From Marsupella aquatica (Eukaryota > Plantae > Marchantiophyta), in contig OZ316892.1 of assembly GCA_973895155.1 (NCBI GenBank), positions 18,032,357-18,096,356 on the forward strand: a stretch of DNA of 64,000 bases, given 5' to 3'. Below are positions 12,601 to 24,426 of the stretch, in pieces. Positions within the stretch are counted from its first letter, which is position 1, and each line of letters begins with the position of its first letter. The notes under the pieces were generated by a model, which saw only the letters and a list, made by a program, of their open reading frames with translations, did no database searches and had not been told where the DNA came from. The position numbers and the translations under genes were made by a program.

Positions 12601-14164
12601 TCAATTCTAGAAACATTTGATCATTTATGACTTGTTGTGGATCCTTGATGAAATATCAGTCCTTTAAGGCTGGCAAGAATACCTCCCAGGTTTCTTCATG
12701 CCTCTTAGCTCCTTAATACTCTTACAAAGCTCGATAACAATATTACAAGCTCAAAGCTAGCAATCATCTCCTTCTCAGACCTGTACCTTGTTTATCTTCA
12801 TCTTCCGTATGCAAAAATGGAGATAATTTTAAACATTTTTATTGTTAAATTGATCATTTTTGTTATTAATAGCTTGGAGCACTTTGGTTGTCAAGATCTC
12901 TATTTTCTCCAATACTTGTTGTCATTGTTTCATGTATAGATTGAATGCTTTAAATATTTGAATAATTGATGCATCAAATATCATCATTGGTCCTCCTTCT
13001 CTTCTTGGATAGATATTTTACTGTAATGTGTAGGTTTTTCTACTTTTAATCTTTCAAGTTAAATTTATCAAATATATTGTGAAATTTGTGGACAATGTTG
13101 GGAAAGCTTGGGCTTATATCTATCAAAAGAACAATGACCTGAAGCAATGCTGCAGCTCCCCTCCTTGGCCTACCTTTAGTAACTCTGTCGGTGTCAACCT
13201 GCTTCTCCTTGGTCATGACTTTCAACTTCCCTGCACAATGTAACTCTCACTCAACTTGGGGCAATCCAATGATCACTTGGAGTATCAATCGACACAAAAA
13301 CACCACTCCCTTACATCCCCGACGGCAACTCTGGCAGCTTAGCTTAGCTCAACTCAACGCAGCTTGGCCCTGTTCCACCTCTTTTCACTCCTCACCGACT
13401 CCAACCTGAAAAAGCAACACAGACAACAATTCCATTCTTGCAACCTTCCTCCAATGATGCAAACCAAAGCAATTTCCAACTTGGACTACAATAAACCGAT
13501 CCCTTCTACACAGAAACTAAATTTGCAATCGTGTGCCATTAGGTCAATTCAATTTGGAAACCAAGAGAGAATATGGACACATGATTACCAGACATATTCC
13601 AAGGTGCAATGCGCTCCAACAATCACGACAACTAGGCTTGGATACAAAAACGCAATTAGACAAGTCCAACCTTGTCAATTTCTAATTAAACCTGAAGAGA
13701 ATATGGACACAATTTGGCTCGGATGGAGTTCTCAATCAATGGAAATTCAGTTGCCGCTACATTACACAAGTAATTGGATGACGGAGAGAAGGATGTCTTG
13801 TGAAGCGAAGCTGCGATGCAATGTACAAACGAATGGAGCACAACTCTACAACGTGACCAGCAAACATCAATCACGTCAATCAAACAGCATGAAGGAAGAG
13901 TGTTGAGAGGAATGAACGAATGAAAGAAATTCCAAAGTAGTTATTATGAAATAGTTATGCAACTTGTTACTTTTTCACTAGGTAGACACTGACATATCTA
14001 TTTTTGGTGAAATGAATTATTTGTTCCAATCAAAATTCAGAATGAATTTTTATTTGGGCCAAAATTAAAATTGTAACTAAAGCGGTTACAAGTGTAAATA
14101 AATATAATTTCTTTCTGTGTATTTTTTTTCTGTTATGTCTTCTTTTGACGGCATGGCGACCCTA

Positions 14165-14940
14165 TTTTTATGCACAAAGTGTTGCAAACAGGATCCGGGC
14201 GGTTATTTTCTTTTGCAAAACCATCCTCCCCTATTTGTGACCAATCTTGCTGATGTGGCACTTTGTGGTGCAGGGGATTTTGTTGGGGACCTCTCACGGG
14301 GTCCGTAATGAGCTAACAATGTACTAATAGAATATTCCAATTATCATTCAACATATCCAATTGTCATGACAATAACAAATAGAATTAGTGAGAAAATGAT
14401 CATGATACTGACTACCCAAGTTACTAATAATGAACATTCAAAACTCCACTTTTGGACAGTATATCATTTAAAACATTAGAATCTATGCTAAGAGTTGGTG
14501 TAGAAATATCATTACAATCTTTTTTTATTGACAATTTAAATGACCAAGACATAGAAAATTCACTTATGGTTGTCAACTTTTCTTTTCTAGAAAACCAAAT
14601 TAAGCACTCACTATCCTAATATCCTAATTAAATGTCAATGTAGTAAGGTGATAAAGAAGAAAATAACAATTTATTCTTTAACAACTAGTTTTTGTTCTTG
14701 CTAAAAGTGAATAAAATCTGAAATCTGAAAATTGTATACAATTTGAATTGTTTAAAATCAACATTCCTTAGGTTGAGGAAATTTTCTAATGATTTCTTTA
14801 CGGACCCCACTGAGGAGTCCATAACAAAATCCCTGGCACAAGGATGCGTCATATCAGCGAGGGCGGCAACAAACAGGACATGATGGTTTTGCAAAGAAAA
14901 TAACCGTCCAGATCTTTTTTGCGGCAATTTGTGTGTAAAA
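14165..14940. repeat. Diverged inverted repeats (about 14165-14308 and 14798-14940), probable DNA-transposon termini
   Basis: ...GGTTATTTTCTTTTGCAAAACCATC...GGGGTCCGTAA is the reverse complement of TTACGGACCCC...GATGGTTTTGCAAAGAAAATAACC, with sharp inner ends at TAA/TTA. Confidence 0.65.
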
Positions 14941-15021
14941 TTTTGGCTATAAATTCTAGGAGGAGATTAACTTTTTTGTATAACAACCATTTTATTTACT
15001 TTCTGATTTTTTTGTAAATTC

Positions 15022-15870
15022 CTTGGAAATGTTTTTTCTTAATTTATTAGTGACCACGAAAACCCTGTGGCAAGGAAAACAGGAAAGTGACCCGCAACAC
15101 ACAATCAACCACCCCGCCTGAAGAGCGGAAACAACAACATGCGATGAAAGCCCAAAGACCAGGCTGTCCACCACAAAAATAGTGATCCACGCCAGGTGAA
15201 AGCAGAGCTCAAGTACTTCATTCCCCATTGGCCAGCATATTTCCTATCTAGATGTAATCCAAGTCTGTCGGCTGTTCCACCACACTAATCTTTCCTGGAT
15301 AAGGATCTCCTTCACTCGTAACAGTCGTGTGTGTCGTCTGCTCGGGGGTAAACACAGGCCCACCGCCGATGCATGGTCAACAGCCTCTGAGAGAGTAAAG
15401 TGAAGATCAAATGTCCTAAAGCCATTGGCCTGAAACATGTGTACATTCCTACTCTACCATAAAGACCAAAGGATCTGATAGAGAATAAATAGTTTGGCTA
15501 CTGTGTTAGGGTCCTTCGCTGCTGTGAGAATCAGTAGATCTAGTAGTCTATCCGAGTAATCCGTAAAGGTCCCTGAAAAACAAGTGGCAGCAAGTGACCA
15601 ACATCTCTTGGCATGAGCGCACTGTGCAAAAAGATGGGGGATAGTTTCTATTTCTCCACTACACAGTTTACAGTGCCCTTCTCCTTTATCATTGCGTCTT
15701 GCTCAAACACCGGTAAAGAGACCTGAAGCCAATATCCTCCAAAGAAAAGTCTTAGCACGGGAGGAAAGGTCAGAGCGCCACAGTCCACTCCACCCAGCAT
15801 TCCATTCACCTTCCGTTTTCAAGCTACCCCAAGTATGATTCAGGCTGTCGTAGTCTCTGATGGGGGGGCG
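15022..15870 (-). mobile_element. 5'-truncated L1-clade LINE 3' end (zf-RVT region)
   Basis: The minus strand reads WSGLWRSDLSSRAKTFLWRIL...CKLCSGEIETIPHLFAQCAHAKRCW...ILWSLW*SRN (CCHC zf-RVT). AATAAA and an A-rich tail lie near 15030-15050, and the fragment is flanked by a 151-bp direct duplication. Confidence 0.88.
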
Positions 15871-16949
15871 AAACAGGACATGATGGTTTTGCAAAGAAAA
15901 TAACCGTCCAGATCTTTTTTGCGGCAATTTGTGTGTAAAATTTTGGCTATAAATTCTAGGAGGAGATTAACTTGTTTGTATAACAACCATTTTATTTACT
16001 TTCTGATTTTTTTGTAAATTCAATGTATTCATAGAAATAATATATTTTTCATATTAAATTTGGATAAGTAACCAGATAAATCAATGTTTGATTGCAAGCT
16101 GTAGTTAAGTAACTACCCTTGAAACAGGTAATCGCCTAAACAAGTAGCCTTTGGTTTGTGCTTTCGACCATCGAGATCCCATTGCACCATCGGAAAATTG
16201 AAGCTTACTCATCATAGGCAGAAAACAAAGTGGGGCCACAACATCTCCATGTCAACAAGATATTGTCGCATGTGGAGCATTGCTCTCAAAGAAAGAACCA
16301 GCTTCACAATGAGTGAACTGTTTCCATGTCTGTGATTTTTTATTCATGTTGTTGACAATGTTTTGGTTAATAAGGTTACAGAATAATGTGTCAATTCATG
16401 GAGCTGGCAGCAAAGAGAGTTGGCAATATCGATAGAAATTGAGAGTAAGAATGAGATTTGAACTGCAGGTTTTATGTGTGAGAAGATGTTGATAGCTATG
16501 TGTGTTTACTCCAGAGCCGATTGTGCTCGATCACATTTTGTTGCAAATTGAATCAGGCACACATGAAACTTTCCGACTCTTATAGAGAAGTGCCTAAATT
16601 TGACTTGGAATGGTCTAGGGAGCACAGAGTTTGCCTATCAACTTTGTAAGATAGGGATCAATTCTCTTGAGAATTGGAGCTCGTGATGCAAGGCAATTTT
16701 GTAAGACTAGAGTTTGCCTAACAGCGCTATAAGATTAGGAGCGATTGCTGTCATTCAATTTTGCAACTAAACAAAAAGATGAATTTTGTATTGTGACAAA
16801 GCAATTACTTGATCATAGAGCAACTTTATGTTTTGTCAGTTTTGTGAGCTTTTCATATTAGAAAATGGTTTGGAATGCTTAATAAAGTCCCCACAGATGT
16901 TTTCCGTTTTGCATCCTCTCGTCTTTTCCTTGCCCTTCGTGCCTTCTTC

Positions 16950-17107
16950 TTCACCTTCTCAAAAAGTTCAATTGCGTCGTCAATTCTACCACATTGGCAG
17001 AGAATACCCACATCAATGCTAGCTGTCCCAACATCAGACTCACAACCTCTTGTTTGCGTATCATCAAAGACATTGCAAGCCAGCTCTACTTCGCTCCTAC
17101 AAGCCAT
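16950..17107 (-). pseudogene. PPR-repeat gene fragment
   Basis: ACRSEVELACNVFDDTQTRGCESDVGTASIDVGILCQCGRIDDAIELFEKVKKK matches the P-type PPR consensus (A..LF.EM...G..PD..TY..LI...C..G..D.A..LF..M). Confidence 0.7.
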
Positions 17108-17449
17108 GGAGACTTTATGTCTTCAGAAACTATTTAGAGGATTGCCTTTTCCTCACGATTCTCTATCAGATTGCCAAATTCCTTGTGGTACCTTGTAAAC
17201 CTTAAGGATATCAGAATTTGACTCAAACATCTCTCAAATTCCTGTGCAACGGTAATTTTGACAAACTGAAGTCACTGAGAACTCTTAGACTAAGTTGGAG
17301 AAAAAACAACAGGGTTCCCATTGTTGGCTCCATGCCTTCAAAAACAGGTTACCAAAAAGAATTACAAATTCCCATTGACCTTCAATGGTGCGGATGGAAT
17401 ACTTCGACCAGATCGTGGGACTCCTAGCAATTCTCAACACTTCCACACT

Positions 17450-17630
17450 GAATGTTTTGGGATTGATGAGGTTTTGTCGCAAGCTGAAAGCAAAATTGAG
17501 TCTAGAGGTAGTCTGGGCCTCGTTGGCATGGCAGGGATAAGAAAGATTACCCTCGCCACATTGGCATTATTCAATAAGCTAGCACCCGACTATAAATACA
17601 CCAGTTGCATTAGGGGCATAAAAGATATGA
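17450..17630 (+). pseudogene. NB-ARC (NLR) P-loop fragment
   Basis: FGIDEVLSQAESKIESRGSLGLVGMAGIRKITLATLALFNKLAPDYKYTSCIRGIKD is a degenerate GMxGIGKTTLA P-loop plus an RNBS-A-like segment, truncated by TE sequence. Confidence 0.7.
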
Positions 17631-17639
17631 AGCATTTTT

Positions 17640-18800
17640 TCAAATATGCTCTATGTCTTCTTCTTATCCATGGCATCACTCATAGTAGAGATCTTCTCAA
17701 GGATTTGTCCTGGTTTCACTCCAAGCTTTTGGGCAATATCAGTAATGACCTTCTCCATCACAGAGGTCTTCCTCTTCACCATCTAAAATGTCTCCAAAAT
17801 GATCTGAAAGTCATCCAGGGTGTCTTGGGAGGCATGGCCGGGTGCATCCGGAAAAAGGGCCGGGTCAAAAAAGGCCGGGTCTAGATTCTGGGCAGAAGAC
17901 CAAGTCTTCCGAAGATTCAATTCTGTTTCCTCATCCTCACTGTCATCAGAAGTGGTCTGGGTGATGTTTGGATCTACTTCTCCATACTTTACAAGTTAAA
18001 ACTTGGCCACTAATATCTTCTTCTCTTCTCTGAACATAACTCCTTCAAAACTATACAAATGTACCAGATAGCAGGAGAGAGGAGTAGGGCCCTTTTTGGA
18101 AAGATTCTGTACTAACTTCCTCATTAGATCAAAGATGAGCTTAGCCCAATTGACCTTCCGTTCCCCCTTATAAGCAGCAACAATGCATGGTAGAGCTAAC
18201 TCCAATAGTCACTCTTCTTAGTTTCTCAGGATACAACAAGGGTAGTAGGAAGCCAAAAACTTGTCTCAAATCAGGGTCCATACACTTGGAAACATTAAAT
18301 CCGTCCTTACTGCTAATGGCTCCTTTGAAATAAGGGAGAATCAGATTAACGGCCTTTCCTAATGGACCTTCTCCTTCACCATCCAAGACAAAGGCTCCTA
18401 CAATCATCATTTGTGTCCATCATTTAGGTTGGCCTCTGGAGGTATCTTGAAACTCAGTCGACACTCCTTGGATCGAATCTCTCTGATCATATCCTCACTC
18501 TGATAACTCAGGGAAACTCCATTAGAGACTCACAACCCATTCTGAGCAAAGACTCTCTTAGTTTGACCTTCTCGACTTCACTTTCCGGAATAGATAGCCT
18601 CAGGATCTTCATGGCAACGGGGACCTCCTTCTTCTTTGATTGTCTCACAGGGGCTTTAACCGGAGTGGATGCAGGGGATGTTGAGGTTGAATGTCCCTTG
18701 GGGACTCGAGAAGTAGATATTCTAGCTCGACCCGTCCCTTGTTCCAAAGAGTTGATGGAAGCTATGAATTGGTTTTCTCTAAATGGAATTGACTCCTCTG
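17640..18800 (-). mobile_element. Frameshifted repeat-associated ORF, probably an LTR-retrotransposon accessory ORF
   Basis: ORF pieces (18508-18747, 18168-18410, 17996-18205) join into DGFNVSKCMDPDLRQVFGFLLPLLYPEKLRRVTIG...ERKVNWAKLIFDLMRKLV...PTPLSCYLVHLY plus an acidic tail. From recall, it resembles multicopy hypothetical TE proteins of bryophytes. Confidence 0.5.
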
Positions 18801-19639
18801 CGTTAAGCTCTACAGTTGTGTGACATTAAACAATTTAATATCTTTGTTTTTGTAAGATGGCGGAGATGTCCGGGTTGACCTGGCAACAACTTTTATGATT
18901 AGATGAAAGCCTTATTTTCACGGATAAATCAAGATTCCTCTAGTCACGGTGCATGCCTATCGAACATTGTCAAAACTCGGACTCAAACCAGCCTATAGTA
19001 GAGACATCCGGGGAGATCTGGCAACGCTTACCACAGCCAAAGTGTCTAGAATTAGGATCTCAAACTTCTTGCCTTCACTCCCAGCGTAGGAGTAGGCATT
19101 CGCCTTACAACGGTTTAGTCAGTACCCTCATATCCAGGCTCTCATCGTGCAATGGAAGATTGGTCCTATAATCTGGACCCAAGATCCTCAACCATAAAGG
19201 TAGAGCCTCCTCGCTCTACTGCTTATAAAGCCTAATGCACTTGAGAACTCAAAACCTACTTAGTTCAGCTTTGAGAGGTGGGAGAAGCCGGGACGCCTCT
19301 CCTTCCTTTTAACCATATTATGCTGTAGTTGAGTCTGTGATCTACTTATGGTTTTAAAACTTTTGCAGGAGACAACTGATGTACGGTAGAGTATAGTTCA
19401 AGGTTTGTTTATCTCGATTACTGGCTCCCGTGCAAAGTTTTGGGTCAACCTCCAACTCTTATATCAGTCCGGGTTGACCTCAAATGTTCTTGAGAGCTGT
19501 ATAGCACTTCATAGTAGTCTTCAGGTACCTTTTCAGCCTCATTTGATGTCTTAAACTTGAAAAGTTTAAAATTTATAATTAGTTAACCCTTCTCTCGTAA
19601 ATATCCACATCTCACATGGTTCCAATTGCTCCAATGCTT

Positions 19640-22600
19640 CAGCACGTTCAGTAGCGACTAGAAGAATTTCCACTGAAGGAGGTTGGTAAGGACAATGAGC
19701 ATACTCCTGTTCAATCTCCCCCTCAACCTGATCACTCACCGGTGATTTTTCCTTTCCCTCAACATTGTCAGCAGGTGCTTTCCCCCCCCATTCAATGTTG
19801 GTGCTTCATTGAAGTACACATGCCTGCTGATGACCAGCTTGTGCTTCATTGGATCCCACAATATGTAACCTTTGACTCCAATCTGGTAGCCAAGGAAGAT
19901 GCATCGCGTAGATTTCTCATCTAGCTTACTACGCTCATGCTCAGGCAACAAAGCATAGGCCTCACATCCAAACATGTGCAATCTAGTATAATTAGCTGAT
20001 CTCTTATGCCACATCTCAAATGGTGTCTTGAATTAAATGTTGCTAACTGGATAGAGATTGAACAAGAATACCGTTGTGTTTACAGCCTCTGCCTAAAACT
20101 CCTTGGGTAATCCAACCTGATTCATCATGCTCCTTGCTCTATCCAACAACATTCTGTTCAAATGTTCGGATACACCATTATGCTTTGGGGTGTAGACATT
20201 AGTGAAATGCCTTGTGATTCCTTCACTCACAAAAAATGGTGATCTCCTTTGAGATATACTCACCTCCATTATCCGAATGAAGATACTTCACCCTTTTATC
20301 TGTCTGGTTCTCCACCTGAGCCTTCTAGCACTTGAAGGTATCAAAAACTTCAGACTTCGCTTGCAAGTACCCACACATACTTAGAGTAGTCATCACTGAA
20401 TGAGACATAGTACCTCTTACTAGATATTGAGAGGTTTGCGGACTCCCACACATTAGAGTGTACATACTCTAGAATGCCCTTGGAGTTATGAACTCCATCT
20501 CCAAAACTTTGTTTGGTCTGCTTGCCAAGTACAAAATGCTTATAGAACTCAAGCTTGCTGACTTAGCACTGGTTAAGAGATTTTGCTTACAAAGGATGGC
20601 CAAGCCTTTCTCACTCATATGGCCCAGTCGTGCATGCCATAATGCTAGCAATTAGCTCCAGAAGAAAACATGTTAGCTGTCTCCACAAGGGTAGTACCTT
20701 CCAACACATGTTAATCTCCTTCTCACCATGCATGACTATGAGATCATCTTTGAAAACATTCAACACTCCGTCTGTGGTAGCCCATGGGTAGCCCTTGGTG
20801 TCCACTGTGCCAATGCCAATGATCTCACAAGGGTGATCATTCCCCATGAAAACACTGCCAGTGCGCTTCTCATACGTTGAGAATAATTCCCTAGAAGGCC
20901 ACATATGATACGAGCAAGCAAAATCTAATATCCTGTGCATATCAGTGCCATGTGTGGATGTGCACAATGCATAACCTACATCATCACCTGTAGTTACATT
21001 TGCTTGATGTGAGGACTCTCCTATCTTTTCCTTTGCTCTTGCAGTTTGCTCTAATGTGGCCCATCTTCCCACAATTCCAACATTCCCACGTTCTTTGAAT
21101 CTCTAGGCCTAGAGTCTCTTGACTTTGATTTTGACAGTGACCTGAACCTTGTTCTGCTGGACGATCTCTCCCTAGATCTCTTGGTCACTGTCAACGTTGA
21201 TGATGAAGATGGCGATGACAATGGTTCACCAATCGTCTTCCTCACTTCATCAGACAAAAGAGTGCTGACAGTTCCTTCATGCGTCAAAGAGGTTCTCCCA
21301 TACAATATGGTCTAAACCAGATGCTGATACGACTTGGGCAGTGAGACTAAGAGAAACAATGCCTTGTTCTTGTCTTCAACCTTATGGTCAAGTCTGACAA
21401 GCTCTGCTATGATCAAATTGAAAGCATCAATATGATCATGCATTCTTGTACCTTCTGACATCTTATATGTCATCAGCTTCACGGTAGCGTATAATTGTGT
21501 GGACAACAATGTCTTCTTGTACATAATTCCAGCCAACTCCAAAGCTCCATTGGAGACTTCTCGGTGTACACTTGTAACAACACACCTGTGCTAAGTGCAA
21601 CCGGATCATGCTTGTCTCTCAAGCACACAGATCTTCCCACTTTGCATTGTCAAAATCATGTCCCTTCTCCTTCAATGCCGTTGATAGTCCTTGAGACACA
21701 AGGACATCCTTCATCTGAACTTGCCACAAAGTGAAGTTGTTGTGGCCCGTGAACTTCTCAACATAGTATCGTGCACTTGTTGCCTTCTTAGAAGCCATAG
21801 CTCCCAAAAATTGAGTGAAAAATGAAAGTTCACCAAATGAAAATCCGATGACACCAGTGCAAACTCTCCTCAACTAGCTTGTCACTACACAAGTTAGAAC
21901 TTTTATCCGAATCTTGAGTCAAAAGTTATGAACAAATTTGACAAGGGGGTTAAAACCTTGTCACTTCTCCAAAACTCCCCCATTTTGACCCCCGTGGAGA
22001 ATCACTGAAATGTAGTTGGGCACCCAATGTTGGAACCATAATTCAATCGGTGCACCTCGTTACTACCTTCAACAGCTACGAACTCGCCAAAAATGAACGG
22101 AAAAAAGGTTGCGTTTGACAGTCGACAACGGCGATGGACGGTCAAAAAGCAGATCTCTATTTTTCAAGAATATTTTCTCATAGAGCCGCAAGGCTCACAA
22201 GGGGCTGTTCCCCTTGTCAAAGCGGTTAAAATGGAGGGCAACAGGTCCTTGCCCTTGCCGCTTCACACGAGAAAAGTGAACACCGCTGACGAGAAAAGTT
22301 GTTGAATTGCACCGGCATCGTCTGCAAGCTCAGACTATAGAGAAAAAACTTTTTGTCACAACTTCTCCTCTCCGCGCCAAGTGCTGATCCCGGACTCAAA
22401 ATGATTGCTTCACCGCGTTCTCTCCGTTGAGCCTCAACACAACGCGTTTCTCCCACCGAGCTGATTGTGACAACACAAGACCTAACTCAGTAAGACCTAA
22501 ATCAGTCAAGACTTAACTCCATAGCTCATCAAGAAAAATCTGAGTCCCTCTTTCGCTCAGCACGATGCACTTAGGAATCAATCGGCCGTAACTCAGCAAT

Positions 22601-22760
22601 CGAAATGACCAGCTCGTTCTAAGCAACAAGTAGAGCTATCACTTGCGACGCCTCATGCACCGCTGCGCTCACACTGTTCAGGAAACAAACGCGGGTCCCC
22701 TCCACTCGAAAACCGTCAAACACGAATACAACGTCAAAAATTCTAAAACTCTACCCATGG
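19640..22760 (-). mobile_element. Truncated Ty1/Copia element (Tork/Tnt1-like): leader, gag, protease, GAG-pre-integrase, integrase; RT and LTRs missing
   Basis: Motifs in order: MASKKATSARYYVEKFTGHNNFTLWQVQMKDVLVSQGL (gag), MSEGTRMHDHIDAFN...LLVSLPKSY (UBN2), ILDFACSYHM (protease), LWHARLGHMSEKGL, LHSDNGGEY, FGCEAY...RSKLDEKSTRCIFLGY. Many frameshifts. Confidence 0.9.
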
Positions 22761-24426
22761 AAAGTACCTCGAACATGGTAACACCTTCTAGTGTCCAATT
22801 AGTTTTGAGTACCACCAGGCAGAGGGCCGTTACACTGCACGACAGTACTTACTCAGTGCTCTACCAAGTACCACCTATCCTTGGTATTGGGAACCATTGA
22901 ACGAAGCCCAAAAGCATAATTATGAGGTGCCGTGACGCAACCCTCGCGAGCGGGACCGTGCCGTGACAGCAGTCATTGCCGGGAACGAAGCAGGAGCCCC
23001 GAACATTTCGCTTTTCCGGAAAAAGTTTGCTTCTATTGCAGGGCAAAGAAGGCGGTGATGTTTATTATATCGGGCAGGGTGATTTCCGGCAGGTCAAGTA
23101 AAGAAAAAACGCACGATTGAATGAGAGCCATGTCGATCGCCACTTCCGTGCTCCGTCTTTCCATTTGGGCTATTTATCAGTAAATATCACCGCTGAAAAA
23201 TACGCCTGTCGATTTCACGAAAAGCAAAAAGGAAAATTCTTTCTGGCTCTTCAAATTTATCAAATAAATAGCCAAAAATTTGTGGGACAAAAACGGGGTA
23301 GCTGCTATCTGAGTCATGGAAAGGTTTTGTTCTGTTGTCCGTTTTGATTATCGGAGTCCATCCGGGAAATTTGCCAAACGTTGAGGTCCATGGGGGCTTG
23401 GCTTCAGTTTCGTATCCCCGTGCACAAAGGAAAAGACGGAAAGGTTCTTTTGCAGTTTGCTATTGTTGTGTCGGGTTTTGCCTTGTGCAGATTCATCGTT
23501 CATTCAGACAGGCAGCAGCTCGAGACGTCTGCCCAAAGCGATCCAAATCCAAGGCACTACAGTGCTCCTCTTTTTGAGCCGAAGGAGGGCGAATGGTCGT
23601 CGTTGATTCTTCAAAACAGGGCAGGACTGTTGCGTACCGGCCACCGATCTTCTTAGTTTGCATTCTATTCCTGTCCTTCGGGTGTGGGGTTTCAAGTTGG
23701 TGAGAAATCGGGTGCCGAGAGCGCAGCGCTGCGCCGGAGCAGCATCATTCGCAGCGATCTTTCCCGTGATCGAGGTATGCTGATCTCTCGTTCGATTCTC
23801 AGATTTCGGACGGACTCTTTTGTAGTGTAGTTTCGCTTCGTGTGTGTGTGGATTCAGGTGTGTCCTGCGCGGACAGATCTTTCCGGCCGATCGAGGTGTG
23901 CTGATTTCATGTTCGGTTTCTGGTTACGGACCTTTTGCTACTGTCGACTGTTGTGACATCGTTTTTTTCACTGCTTTGTGTCGGATGCGGTCCAGGGAAC
24001 TGTGTATGTGTCGTGGTTCTAGGGGTTCTTCATCCTTTTGCTAGCGTTCAGATTTTCGGCTTTTCTGGTCGATGAGATGGGATGCATGGTTGTTGTGGGG
24101 GTGGCGAATTGGGATTGGGGACGGATCGGATCCGTTTGAGTTGGTTAGTTACGGTGTGAGTTGCGGTTCAGTGTGACGTTGTGCTTTGTGGTCGGAGAGC
24201 GTTCCTCGTGGTAAGAAAATGGAGGATACAGCGTGGCAAAGGGTTTTTGAGGGCTGGATTTGGTTTGGTTGATGGACTTCCTTAGCTGGTCGGATGATTT
24301 CTCTTGTCGTTGACGTGGTTCTCGCTGGTTTTGGTGGTTCTGACATTCTGAATTGCCGGAGGTTGGCAGGACTGTTCGTCTTCGTGCGGAGGTGTTTACT
24401 GCTTCAGCATGACTTGTTCGCTCGGT

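Noticed and set aside
8300-13950. Possible decayed DNA-transposon coding region on the minus strand
   Set aside because: Too degraded to read any transposase motif, so it was not called.
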